This document shows, piece by piece, positions 47,067-58,708 of a DNA stretch of 58,708 nt (its first letter is position 1; each line of letters begins with the position of its first letter). Made by a program: the position numbers and the translations under genes. The notes beneath the pieces are model-generated. The model was not told the DNA's origin. It saw only the letters and a list, made by a program, of their open reading frames with translations, and searched no databases. Source of the DNA: Octopus bimaculoides (lineage: Eukaryota); the NCBI RefSeq assembly GCF_001194135.2, contig NC_068987.1, positions 71,383,066-71,441,773 on the forward strand, in the 5' to 3' direction.

Positions 47067-48464
47067 TGTAGATTGATATTCTAAAATAATAGTGCTCCGT
47101 TCAATAATAAAAAAATATGTGTGTGTGTGCGCGCGTTTCAATAGTCTTTTTGAAAGTATTACCACCCGTTAATCATATTCCCTAGCATATCATAAAATTT
47201 GCATATCATTTTTATATTATTTGCATATACAAACACATGTCTGTGAGGATGTGTATGTGTGTATGTGCGTACATATATATAAAGGTAAGAAGAGTTTTCG
47301 TCAATGCGATTCAAACTAGTGCCAATTGCTAGGACGTCCCAGGTACAGCTATCTTTTACCATTCGTTATAAAGCTAAATTAAATCAAATGTCATTGTCGA
47401 GTCTTGCCTAACTGTTTTTCTTTCCTCACTACTTAANNNNNNNNNNNNNNNNNNNNNNNNNNNNNNNNNNNNNNNNNNNNNNNNNNNNNNNNNNNNNNNN
47501 NNNNNNNNNNNNNNNNNNNNNNNNNNNNNNNNNNNNNNNNNNNNNNNNNNNNNNNNNNNNNNNNNNNNNNNNNNNNNNNNNNNNNNNNNNNNNNNNNNNN
47601 NNNNNNNNNNNNNNNNNNNNNNNNNNNNNNNNNNNNNNNNNNNNNNNNNNNNNNNNNNNNNNNNNNNNNNNNNNNNNNNNNNNNNNNNNNNNNNNNNNNN
47701 NNNNNNNNNNNNNNNNNNNNNNNNNNNNNNNNNNNNNNNNNNNNNNNNNNNNNNNNNNNNNNNNNNNNNNNNNNNNNNNNNNNNNNNNNNNNNNNNNNNN
47801 NNNNNNNNNNNNNNNNNNNNNNNNNNNNNNNNNNNNNNNNNNNNNNNNNNNNNNNNNNNNNNNNNNNNNNNNNNNNNNNNNNNNNNNNNNNNNNNNNNNN
47901 NNNNNNNNNNNNNNNNNNNNNNNNNNNNNNNNNNNNNNNNNNNNNNNNNNNNNNNNNNNNNNNNNNNNNNNNNNNNNNNNNNNNNNNNNNNNNNNNNNNN
48001 NNNNNNNNNNNNNNNNNNNNNNNNNNNNNNNNNNNNNNNNNNNNNNNNNNNNNNNNNNNNNNNNNNNNNNNNNNNNNNNNNNNNNNNNNNNNNNNNNNNN
48101 NNNNNNNNNNNNNNNNNACATTGCGGGAAGGACTGTTTCAACGAAGTTGCGTATTGTCCTTGCCTTAGAAACGCGGAGTAGATGAAACAAGGACAACTGA
48201 CGAAGGAGTATACTCTTTATGTTGCATGTCTCGTTTCTCTGTTTTTTTCGTCGTTCAAAAAAAATTCGTTGTCTATGTTTTCGTTTTCATATTTTCGTTT
48301 CTCATTGTGTTTAACGTTTTTTTTTATGTCCTCTACCCATATATGCATATATATATACATATAGATGTAGGTATGTACATATATGTATGGATATATGCAT
48401 ATATTTATATATTATTTATATTATTATATATACACACACACAGATACATGATGCTCTTCTTTTA

Positions 48465-48545
48465 GTTTCTCTCTACCAAATCCACTCACAAAGCCTTCCT
48501 TGGCCCGAGGTTATAGTAGAAGACAATTGTCGAAGGTGCCAAGGA
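48465..48545 (-). mobile_element. SINE family B middle fragment
   Basis: CTACCAAATCCACTCACAAAGCC...GGCCCGAGGTTATAGTAGAAGACA. Confidence 0.6.
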
Positions 48546-50062
48546 TGTATCTATGTATGCATGTATGTATGCATTACGTATTTATATGCATATATGTATG
48601 TATATAATACACACACACACTCACACACACACATATATATATATATTATTATAGTCAAGAGAAGTCTATAGCTCTAAGTGACGTGGCCCCAGTAATTCTA
48701 AACATGCTTTGCATATAGGGATATAGTGCAGTAGAAACTGTAAATCAATATAAAGCAGCTTATTCAAACAGACACGTACTCTGTTTTCCCACATCGTAAA
48801 ATTTATAATTGATTCTTGTTCTTTTATTTTCGTATATATGCATATATGCATATATGTCATTACATATATATATGTATNNNNNNNNNNNNNNNNNNNNNNN
48901 NNNNNNNNNNNNNNNNNNNNNNNNNNNNNNNNNNNNNNNNNNNNNNNNNNNNNNNNNNNNNNNNNNNNNNNNNNNNNNNNNNNNNNNNNNNNNNNNNNNN
49001 NNNNNNNNNNNNNNNNNNNNNNNNNNNNNNNNNNNNNNNNNNNNNNNNNNNNNNNNNNNNNNNNNNNNNNNNNNNNNNNNNNNNNNNNNNNNNNNNNNNN
49101 NNNNNNNNNNNNNNNNNNNNNNNNNNNNNNNNNNNNNNNNNNNNNNNNNNNNNNNNNNNNNNNNNNNNNNNNNNNNNNNNNNNNNNNNNNNNNNNNNNNN
49201 NNNNNNNNNNNNNNNNNNNNNNNNNNNNNNNNNNNNNNNNNNNNNNNNNNNNNNNNNNNNNNNNNNNNNNNNNNNNNNNNNNNNNNNNNNNNNNNNNNNN
49301 NNNNNNNNNNNNNNNNNNNTAATAAATCATGAAGAAATTTTGACAATTTCCAATGTGTCTCTTAACCTACAGAAAACCATATGTGCCCTGTCAAACTCCA
49401 GGGGAAAAAATAAGCGATGTTTTGTTTATAGCGTAAGAGTGCGCATCTCTCACAAAAGTTTTATGGTTTTCTTTGTCTTTTATACGTTTATACATTTATA
49501 TATTTTATGTTCTTAGTTATACAGTTGTTTATACATATATGTATATTTATTCATAGGGAACTTAACTCTTTTCATCTTGACTACTACGAAACTTTAAATG
49601 TATATTTCACGTCTATATGTTTTGTCCGATTTTCTCACTACTTGTCAAGTGAAACAACTTCAATGAAACATTTTACTGGTCGTAAATATCAGCGACAAGG
49701 TTTCATATTCTTGTTAATCAAACTTTACACTTCTATTCAACAAACCCGACATCTCACACTTTTCCTTTATTCTCACTGCATTTTTCTTATTTTCCCTTCT
49801 GTTTTTTTTTTCTTTCTTTCTTTTGAGAAGATAATGTTTTATGGTCATATTTCTATTATTCCTTCTGATACATTTTATCCTCTTATTCTCCCGTTTCTGC
49901 TTTTCTTCGCTTTATGTTTTTCTCCCTTTCTTACTTTATTTTTTCTCCTCCTTCCACTTGTCCTCCTTCGCCTGAATTTTATTTATGAGACCAAAAAGAA
50001 AAAAAAAATTAGAGAGGTGGATTGATAGAATTTTTAGACCACCGGACAAACAGGCCTTACAA

Positions 50063-50230
50063 GATTAACTATGGCTCACGCCGAGCAAAATGCTTAGCGG
50101 CATTTCGTCCGTCTTCTAGGTTCAGATTTCAAATCCTGCTGAGGTCTACATTCTCACTTAACTCTCGGTTGTCTAAAACATAAAATACCAATCTAGTACT
50201 GAAGTCGATTTAATCGACTAACATGACTCA
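50063..50230 (+). mobile_element. Old SINE family A
   Basis: CACGCCGAGCAAAATGCTTAGCGGCATTTCGTCCGTC...TAATCGACTA. Confidence 0.7.
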
Positions 50231-50707
50231 TCTCCAATTTCAGATTTTTTGTCTATGTTACAAAAAGTCGAGCTATATATATAAGCAGCCTTCACTGGCA
50301 GATCATTAAACCGCCAGAAAAAAAAAAAAAAACGTATTGCTATGTTTATCCATAATCCTCTACATTCCGTGTTCAATTATCACCGAAATGGACAAAATAT
50401 TTCACTCTTTTGACGTCAACTAAATAAGTACGAATCACTTATTATCTTGATATAGTAGTTTGTTCCCTCCAACAAATTGTCTGATTTTGTATTTATATCA
50501 TCGTCCTCTTAATCAGAGGTTACCTGTACATGGAACGCTAGGTCTTTACAAACATACCCCCATTGCACCCGTATCATTATCCTGATTTGCACCATTGAAA
50601 TCTATTTTATCAGATCCTCCTCTGAGTTCTTAGTTTCATCAACAAAATTTTTTCGCTACTCTCTTGCTCATCAGAATGATGCAGATCTTGGAGTCTTCTC
50701 GAGAGAC

Positions 50708-51658
50708 TACTCTTTTACTCTTTTACTTGTTTCAGTCATGTGACTGCGGCCATGCTGGAGCACCGCCTTTAGTCGAGCAAATCGACCCCCAGTACTTATT
50801 CTTTGTAAGCCTAGTACTTATTCTATCAGTCTCTCTTGCCGAACTGCTAAGTGACGGGAACGTAAACACACCAGCATCGGTTGTCAAGCGATGTTGGGGG
50901 AACANNNNNNNNNNNNNNNNNNNNNNNNNNNNNNNNNNNNNNNNNNNNNNNNNNNNNNNNNNNNNNNNNNNNNNNNNNNNNNNNNNNNNNNNNNNNNNNN
51001 NNNNNNNNNNNNNNNNNNNNNNNNNNNNNNNNNNNNNNNNNNNNNNNNNNNNNNNNNNNNNNNNNNNNNNNNNNNNNNNNNNNNNNNNNNNNNNNNNNNN
51101 NNNNNNNNNNNNNNNNNNNNNNNNNNNNNNNNNNNNNNNNNNNNNNNNNNNNNNNNNNNNNNNNNNNNNNNNNNNNNNNNNNNNNNNNNNNNNNNNNNNN
51201 NNNNNNNNNNNNNNNNNNNNNNNNNNNNNNNNNNNNNNNNNNNNNNNNNNNNNNNNNNNNNNNNNNNNNNNNNNNNNNNNNNNNNNNNNNNNNNNNNNNN
51301 NNNNNNNNNNNNNNNNNNNNNNNNNNNNNNNNNNNNNNNNNNNNNNNNNNNNNNNNNNNNNNNNNNNNNNNNNNNNNNNNNNNNNNNNNNNNNNNNNNNN
51401 NNNNNNNNNNNNNNNNNNNNNNNNNNNNNNNNNNNNNNNNNNNNNNNNNNNNNNNNNNNNNNNNNNNNNNNNNNNNNNNNNNNNNNNNNNNNNNNNNNNN
51501 NNNNNNNNNNNNNNNNNNNNNNNNNNNNNNNNNNNNNNNNNNNNNNNNNNNNNNNNNNNNNNNNNNNNNNNNNNNNNNNNNNNNNNNNNNNNNNNNNNNN
51601 NNNNNNNNNNNNNGAACCCGAAACCTTATGGTTGGTAAGCAAGCTACTTACCACACAC
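50708..51658 (-). mobile_element. Young SINE family B spanning a gap (3' part 50708-50904, tRNA-like head 51614-51658)
   Basis: TTACTTGTTTCAGTCATGTGACTGCGGCCATGCTGGAGCACCGCC before the gap; GAACCCGAAACCTTATGGTTGGTAAGCAAGCTACTTACCACAC after it. Confidence 0.85.
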
Positions 51659-52324
51659 ACCAGAAAACCAGTTCTTTGCCGTACAATACAAACTCGCCGC
51701 ATTCGTTAAATCGCACTGATGTGAAATATTTCTTTTCTATTTCAAACATGATGCGGCGTTTTTTTAATTTTTTCTTCCTTACGATCTAACATTGACAAAG
51801 CGCTTCACAGTCATAGAAGCACTCAAGAGCAATCTTGATCAAAGATTTTTACTTTCAACTCTCTTTTCCTTATCTTCAGGTATTTTACCTTGATATATAG
51901 ATGACGGCCGGGGAATGCGTAGTTCCTCTAGTTTCCCTCTCGTGTTCCCTTTGATACTCTCATAACCATGGCAGATTCTTGTTTGATTGTTTCTTTCCAT
52001 CATTAAGAGAATGCGTCGGTTTATATAAAGGTGTTTCCTCTGTAAATTGTTTATCGTGATTTGCACCTGTTCATTGAGTTAGGACATCAGCACCAGCTGG
52101 ATTGCTAACTAAGGTTCACATAGCTATATCTGCCCTGGGTGGTCTTACTGAGCACCTATACACAGTTATTTCTGAATCCCCGCGTACATTTTTATCCATC
52201 TTCCGGTTTGTGCCAAAATTCGAAGACGTTATTACTTATTATTATCTGCTAGTCTTGTGCCATGTGAAAAAATCATCATCATCATCATTACCGTCATCGT
52301 TGTTATTATTATTATTATCGTAGG

Positions 52325-52410
52325 ACGTTTCATCCTTTTGGGGTCGATAAAATAAGTGAAGTGCTGGAGTCGATATAATCGACTTGCACCTCCCCAAAAT
52401 TAGAAACCAT
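52325..52410 (+). mobile_element. SINE family A 3' fragment
   Basis: TTTCATCCTTTTGGGGTCGATAAAATAAG...GTCGATATAATCGACTT. Confidence 0.65.
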
Positions 52411-52443
52411 TATTATTATTATCATTATTATTATTATTATTAT

Positions 52444-52484
<41 letters not shown>

Positions 52485-52506
52485 TCATCATTTTATTATT
52501 ATTATT

Positions 52507-54312
52507 GCCTTTGCACAGCTTCTAACGCTAGAGAGGTACTACGGTGTCAGTTGTTCACTACCAGTGAAGTAAGATAACACCTCTTATTTTTCGAGCACCT
52601 TCCGGAGTATTCGAGCAGTTCCAAGCAGTGATGTTTTCTGCAAGTGTTCCACCCTTATTGTAGCCCCTATTTGTTCCACGTACTTCTCGAGATTTTTGCT
52701 CACTGTTCCCAAGGCTCCGACAATTATTGGTACTATTGCAGCCTTTTTCATAGACCACAGCTGCTTAATTCCCCAAGCTAAGCTGTCATATCTCTCAACT
52801 TTTCTTTCTTCCTTAACGGATACCTTGTTGTCACCTGGGCATGCTATATCTATGATCCAGCATAGTTTGTTTTCTTTCTCAATTATGACTATGTCCGGCT
52901 TCCTATTCTCAATCTCATGGTCGCACTGAATCATAAAATCTCATAGGAACTTTGCAGTTCTATTTTCGACAATGCCTTCAGGTTTTTGTTCGACAATGCC
53001 TTCAGGTACCAATTTTTTGCTCTGTCAAGTCCATACTTGTTGCAAAGTGTCAACTGGAAAAGCCTGGTCATATTGTCGTGGTGTCTCTTATATTCCTTCT
53101 GGGCTAGTCGAGTACATTGGCTAGTAATATGCCATACGGTTTCACCGTTTTGTCCACAGATTCTGCACTTATCACTTTCTGATGGGCTGTCTATTCTGTA
53201 TTTTATGTAGTTTGTTCTTAGTGTTTTCACTTGGGCAGCACAGATTAGAGCCTCCGTTTCCGGATTTAAATCACTTTTAGTCATGCACAGCCATCTTTTT
53301 TCTCTGTCTGTCTGATCTTCAACATCCCTATGAAATTGACCATGCATTCTTGTCTTTACCCACCTATTTTCAGTTTCATTCGTTTTCAATTTCTTGTATA
53401 GTGCAACCTACAAATGCCTAACTTTCCTACTTCTATTAATGGCGGTTCTGTGGCATTTTTTATATACCATGCTAATGTTGTCTTCTTCTGCTCTAATTCT
53501 GTGTTCGCATCCAATATGTCCTCTTCCCCCTCTTTTTCTTGGTTTATACAGTCTGTCTGTGTCACTTTTTTGGGTGGAGTGACCCATATGTAGTTAGCAA
53601 CTTCGCTGTCTTTCTGTCTAAGCTGTTTAGTACATCTACTGTCCATGCGATTAACCTGCTCCATATCTACGGAGTGAAACCACCCAGGTGTTGATAGCTT
53701 CGTTCTTATTCCGTCCGTTTCATTTCGACTTATTGATCAGTCTCAGTCTGCGCAAGTACTCCACCTTAAATTTTTCAGTCCTTTCTTCAATTTATCCATT
53801 TCCAAAATCCCCAAGTCCGTCTCTTCTATCTGCTTCATAATCTCCCCCGACGGTATCGTTAATCCGTCCATACATTTGATTTTGTCTCTCTTCAATACTA
53901 ACACACCACACTTTCTCAGTCCGAACTCCATTCTGATATCAGCACTGAAGGTGTACACCGTATCAACGAGGGAACTGACTTGGGTTTNNNNNNNNNNCAC
54001 TGAAGGTGTACACCGTATCAACGAGGGAACTGACTTAGGTTTCATTTTTACCATAAAGTTTGAGGTCATCCATGAATAACAAATGGTTGACTTTTTGGTG
54101 GCGGCTTTTGAATACATACCCAGCTTTTACTTTCCTCCGAATCAGTGTCAGTGGTATCAAGCACAGTACAAAGATCAGTGGGGACAGGTAGTCCCCTTGG
54201 AAGATGCTCCTCTTGATTTCTACTGTCCCTAAACTTCTTCTGTATGCTGTCAGGTCCGTCCTCCAATTTGCCATACTTTTTCCAAGCAATCGCTCAACAT
54301 TCGATGCAATCA
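52507..54312 (-). mobile_element. 5'-truncated R4/Dong-clade retrotransposon (RT, CCHC, restriction-like endonuclease, 3' UTR, (AAT)n tail), pseudogenised
   Basis: IFQGDYLSPLIF and HLLFMDDLKLY (RT); MEFGLRKCG; MHGQF; CRICGQNGETVWHITSQC; KPDIVIIEKENKLCWIIDIACP...KVERY...IVPIIVGALG...LLGTARILRKVLE*. Confidence 0.95.
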
Positions 54313-54681
54313 ACATTATCATTATCATCATCNNNNNNNNNNNNNNNNNNNNNNNNNNNNNNNNNNNNNNNNNNNNNNNNNNNNNNNNNNNNNNNNNNNN
54401 NNNNNNNNNNNNNNNNNNNNNNNNNNNNNNNNNNNNNNNNNNNNNNNNNNNNNNNNNNNNNNNNNNNNNNNNNNNNNNNNNNNNNNNNNNNNNNNNNNNN
54501 NNNNNNNNNNNNNNNNNNNNNNNNNNNNNNNNNNNNNNNNNNNNNNNNNNNNNNNNNNNNNNNNNNNNNNNNNNNNNNNNNNNNNNNNNNNNNNNNNNNN
54601 NNNNNNNNNNNNNNNNNNNNNNNNNNNNNNNNNNNNNNNNNNNNNNNNNNNNNNNNNNNNNNNNNNNNNNATATATACATA

Positions 54682-54733
<52 letters not shown>

Positions 54734-55159
54734 CATGTATATTAGGTATGTGACTTTCCAACACCACCGTATAGAAACAACTGCAGTAAAAACCACAACA
54801 GATTCAGTTTTCACGTGATAAAACAAACACTAGTACAACCAAGTCTGTCGTAACTAACATTCTAACTCCGCCACTTCGACACGTAAATATTACATAGCAT
54901 CAGAGTTGCCACCCAGGCTAGCAATAAAATTCCCTTATATTATCATCAACGACATCCGTGGCAGAAAAAGAAAAAAAGACAGATAAACGAATTACCAGAC
55001 AAACAAATTAACAAACAAACAAAAAGTCAGCAATGGACAACAATAATGATAATAAAAAAAAAGCAACAATAGTAGTAGGGAGTAAACATTAGTTACCGCA
55101 GTAGAAACTGCGATAAAACATCAGTACTGCCAATTAATTATCCTAAAGCATTATACAAT

Positions 55160-55170
55160 AGTCGTCATCA

Positions 55171-55203
<33 letters not shown>

Positions 55204-55414
55204 TGGCCAGTCATCATCATCATCATCATCATCATCAACTTCAACATTATCACCATTCTTGTCATCGTCATAATCAACATTGTCATCCTCATTATTGTGA
55301 TTGTCATCATCGTCATTACTATCACCATCATCATCATCATCGTCGTCGTCATCATCATCACCATTGTCATCATCGTCGTCATCAGTTTCATCATCGTCAT
55401 CAGTTTCATCATCG

Positions 55415-55468
<54 letters not shown>

Positions 55469-55637
55469 ACAACAACAACAATATNNNNNNNNNNNNNNNN
55501 NNNNNNNNNNNNNNNNNGTCATCATCGTCATTACTATCACCATCATCATCATCATCGTCGTCGTCATCATCATCACCATTGTCATCATCGTCGTCATCAG
55601 TTTCATCATCGTCATCAGTTTCATCATCGTCATCAGT

Positions 55638-55701
<64 letters not shown>

Positions 55702-55912
55702 ACAACAACAACAATATCAACATCAATATCAGCAGCAGCAGTAGCATTTTGTCATCGTCGTTGTTGACGTCGTCGTTACCACCAACCAACGTTGCCACTA
55801 ATATAACCATCAACAAATCATCGTCGCTCTCAGTGTCAGCATCATAACCGTCAACATTATCACTTCCTCACCACTCTCATTACTGTCATCATACGTATAA
55901 CCATACTCTTCG

Positions 55913-55952
<40 letters not shown>

Positions 55953-55989
55953 TGTAGTCGTCGTCATCATTATCATCATCATCATCACC

Positions 55990-56021
<32 letters not shown>

Positions 56022-56270
56022 CACCATTATCATCATCATCATCATCATCACTGCTCTCACAGTCGTCATTGTCATCATTATCCTCATTATCAGCAGCTGC
56101 AGCAGCCGCAGCAACAGCTGCAGTTTCACCATCATCACCACGCTCATTATTGTCACCATCCCTATAACCAAACTCATTATCATCACCACCGCTCCCCTCA
56201 CCCTTCCCCCTCACAACTCCTCTCACAATTCCCTTCATCACTCCGTTCCCTATAACCATAGACAATGTTG

Positions 56271-56308
<38 letters not shown>

Positions 56309-56400
56309 TTCATCAACGCTACCATCACACCGTAGTTGTCGTCATCATCATCATCATCATCGCTATCACCATCACCACCAACATTACCATTGAAACCACG
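55160..56400. repeat. Large degenerate (ATC/GTC/ACC)n tract
   Basis: Directly visible; it produces the poly-H, poly-S, poly-I, poly-D and poly-M ORFs. Confidence 0.9.
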
Positions 56401-56776
56401 ATCAACAGGATCGGAATCAGGACCGCCACGGTAATAGTATGACAATGAATAAAACCTAGAAAGTAGAATGCCTACAACAATTCTCAGTTCAACAATAACA
56501 AGAAAACACAATTGCGCTCAACCACGCCGAAAACTCCAGTGATTATGACAACAACTACAATAGCAGAAATAAACCTCACGATCATCAAGAATCATGGACT
56601 ATTCCATAACAGGGTTGATCTGGGGCAGAAGATCAACTTGATCACACTGCAACACAACATAGCATATCCAATAAACCCCTCGAAAAGAGAATGTACAGTT
56701 TGGTTCTCAGCCAACCAGAAGTACAGCAGATTCGAAACTAAAGATATGGGCTGCTCTAAATTTTCGGCCCGTTCTA

Positions 56777-57320
56777 CAGGGTGTCCACAAAGTCTGGGTA
56801 CATGGGGATTAACACATACTTTAAGAAATTATTATTTTTTATATTTAATTATGTTATGATTTTATTTACTCCATGTACCCACATGGGGGATTAACACATA
56901 CTTTAAGAAATTATTTCTTATATTTAATTGTTTATGTTATGATTTTATTTACTCCATGTACTCACATAAGGATTAACATACTTTAAGAAATTATTATTTT
57001 TTATATTTAATTATTTATATTATGATTTTATTTACTCCATGTACCCATATGCAGATTAACACATACTTTAAGAAATTATTATTTCTTATATTTAATTGTT
57101 TATATTATGATTTTATTTACTCCATGTACCCACATGCGGATTTACACATACTTTAAAAAATTATTATTTCTTATATTTAATTGTTTATGTTATGATTTTA
57201 TATACTCCATGTACCCACACGGAGATTAACACATACATTAAGAAATTATTATTTTTTATATTTAATTGTTTATGTTATGATTTTATTTACTCCATGTACC
57301 CAGACTTTGTGGACACCCTG
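56777..57320. mobile_element. Tc1/mariner-type MITE with perfect 29-bp TIRs, TA TSD and six internal ~81-86-bp tandem units
   Basis: TA|CAGGGTGTCCACAAAGTCTGGGTACATGG ... CCATGTACCCAGACTTTGTGGACACCCTG|TA. Confidence 0.95.
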
Positions 57321-57445
57321 TATATGTATTGGAAGTCTGTTTTGTCAGAACTAACCTGAGATCTACACAGCGTGGTTTCTAACACACCAACAGCGACAAA
57401 ACGGTTTTATACTGCTTTGTACTACATTGTGCTCAATACTATTGT

Positions 57446-57796
57446 GAAGACGCTTGGCTCGGTGGTTAAAGTGTCGGGCTCATAATCATGAAGTCGTGAG
57501 TTCGATTCCCGGACCGGTCTGTGTGTTGAGTTGTCTTCTTGAGCAAGATATTTCATTTTCACTTAGGTCCAGTTCACTCAGCTGTAGAAATGACCTGCAA
57601 CATCACAGGTACTAAGCTGTATCGGGCTTTGCCTTTCCCTTGGATCAAATCACTGGAGAGTGTGGGGCTGGTATGCATGGGCGACTGCTGATCTTCCATA
57701 AGCAACCATGCTCGGATTTGTGCCTCGGAGGGTAACTTTCTTGGTGCAATCCCATGGTGATTCTTGATCGAAGGGTAGGTTTTACTTTCACTTTAC
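57446..57796 (+). mobile_element. tRNA-derived SINE (family C), near full length
   Basis: A-box-like TGGCTCGGTGG and B-box GTTCGATTCC, then a non-tRNA body (TTCTTGAGCAAGA, CACTCAGCTGTA) and a (CTTTA)-type tail. Confidence 0.85.
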
Positions 57797-57979
57797 ATAA
57801 TACTAATCTCCAAGAGGAATGTCAGTGTTAAGTATTCCCTTTACTTTTTATTCATACTTTTACAATATTATTTACAGCAACAATAACGTCCTCAATAATG
57901 TCTAAAATACCAATAATAGAAATTTATATAAATTTGCAATTACAACCCCGCCGCAAAGAAATTAGCACAATCTAAGCAA

Positions 57980-58520
57980 AACAATAAATAAAATCAAGAC
58001 AACAAAAGCAACAAAACGACAAACAGAACATGAACGACAAGAACAACAAAAGCAACGATTCAACAGGAAGCTGACAGCAGTATGACAATCGTTTATAAGT
58101 TACCAACTCCTAAACACAGCAACAACAACATCAACAACGACATCAACACCGACAACGAAACTTGCAGTTGTTGCTGTTGATATAGTTAAAGCTACAATAA
58201 CGATAGTAACAACAACGAAATCTATAAACATCAAAATCAACAATGACAATAGTTGCAGCTATTGTTGAAAATATAACACCATCAATGTACGTCAACTTAC
58301 TACTACAAGAACAACATCTACCACCACCAGCACTACTACTACTACCACTACTATTACTCCTACTACTGCTACTATAAATCTCCATGCCTTCTTTTCACTA
58401 TTAACGGCAACACGCACACAAATACACATTCACAAACACACACATACACACACATACAAATACACATTCACAAACACACACATACACACACATGCAAATA
58501 CACATACACACGCACAACGT
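57980..58520. repeat. Degenerate (AAC)/(ACT) tract followed by (CA)-rich repeats
   Basis: Directly visible. Confidence 0.75.
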
Positions 58521-58708
58521 TGGCTTGCATAAAATCGACAAACACATCCATCTACACTCGTAAAAATCGACAACGCTCCCATGTCTCTCGATACACCAGG
58601 CAATTTTATCCTCTATGTAGACCATAAATTATTACTATATTTAAAATTTTATTTTTTTAATTTTCTTTTCCTCGTTCTGCCACCATATATATTTGTTTCT
58701 GTTTTCTA

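Noticed and set aside
53943-54042. 45-bp duplication inside the Dong RT
   Set aside because: It flanks a 10-N gap with one base difference; an assembly overlap artefact.
1316-54826. Long ORFs containing runs of X
   Set aside because: They are open only because they cross N gaps.
56801-57300. CRISPR-like regularly spaced repeats
   Set aside because: The whole unit is repeated with no unique spacers, it lies within MITE TIRs, and the context is eukaryotic.
57446-57520. tRNA gene
   Set aside because: A/B boxes are present, but the sequence continues into a SINE body and tail; I could not form a full cloverleaf.
3924-58625. ORFs of poly-V, poly-K, poly-N, poly-H, poly-I, poly-M, YIYI, CVCV or THTH
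   Set aside because: Translations of microsatellites.

Overview
AT-rich, microsatellite-dense animal genomic DNA with about 14 large N gaps (roughly 13% N, hand estimate). The SINE families and repeat landscape suggest Octopus, probably an O. bimaculoides-type draft scaffold (inference from recalled consensus sequences, not a database search). No host protein-coding gene could be recognised, so this looks like intronic or intergenic DNA. It is built from decayed mobile elements: about 7 fragments of R4/Dong-clade non-LTR retrotransposons (RT, CCHC knuckle, restriction-like endonuclease), mostly sitting in (AAT)n-type tracts; two DD34D mariners, each inserted into an R4/Dong relic; two maT/DD37D-like relics; a Gypsy pol relic; CR1/L2-type LINE pieces; Penelope-like remnants; MITEs; and many tRNA-derived SINEs. 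Main discoveries: (1) a well-formed type I hammerhead ribozyme fold (22431-22504) directly upstream of an internally deleted R4/Dong-like element, with a weaker hammerhead-like relic at its 3' end; (2) further minimal Penelope-type hammerhead relics; (3) an unexplained ~200-nt hairpin with a 56-position ungapped stem biased to G-U pairs on one strand; (4) a MITE expanded into a six-unit internal satellite from its own TIR remnants; (5) stacks of retroelements separated by (AAT)n spacers, including a 534-bp non-coding candidate partner of Dong; (6) a microsatellite apparently delivered as a retroposon tail between 11-bp direct repeats.
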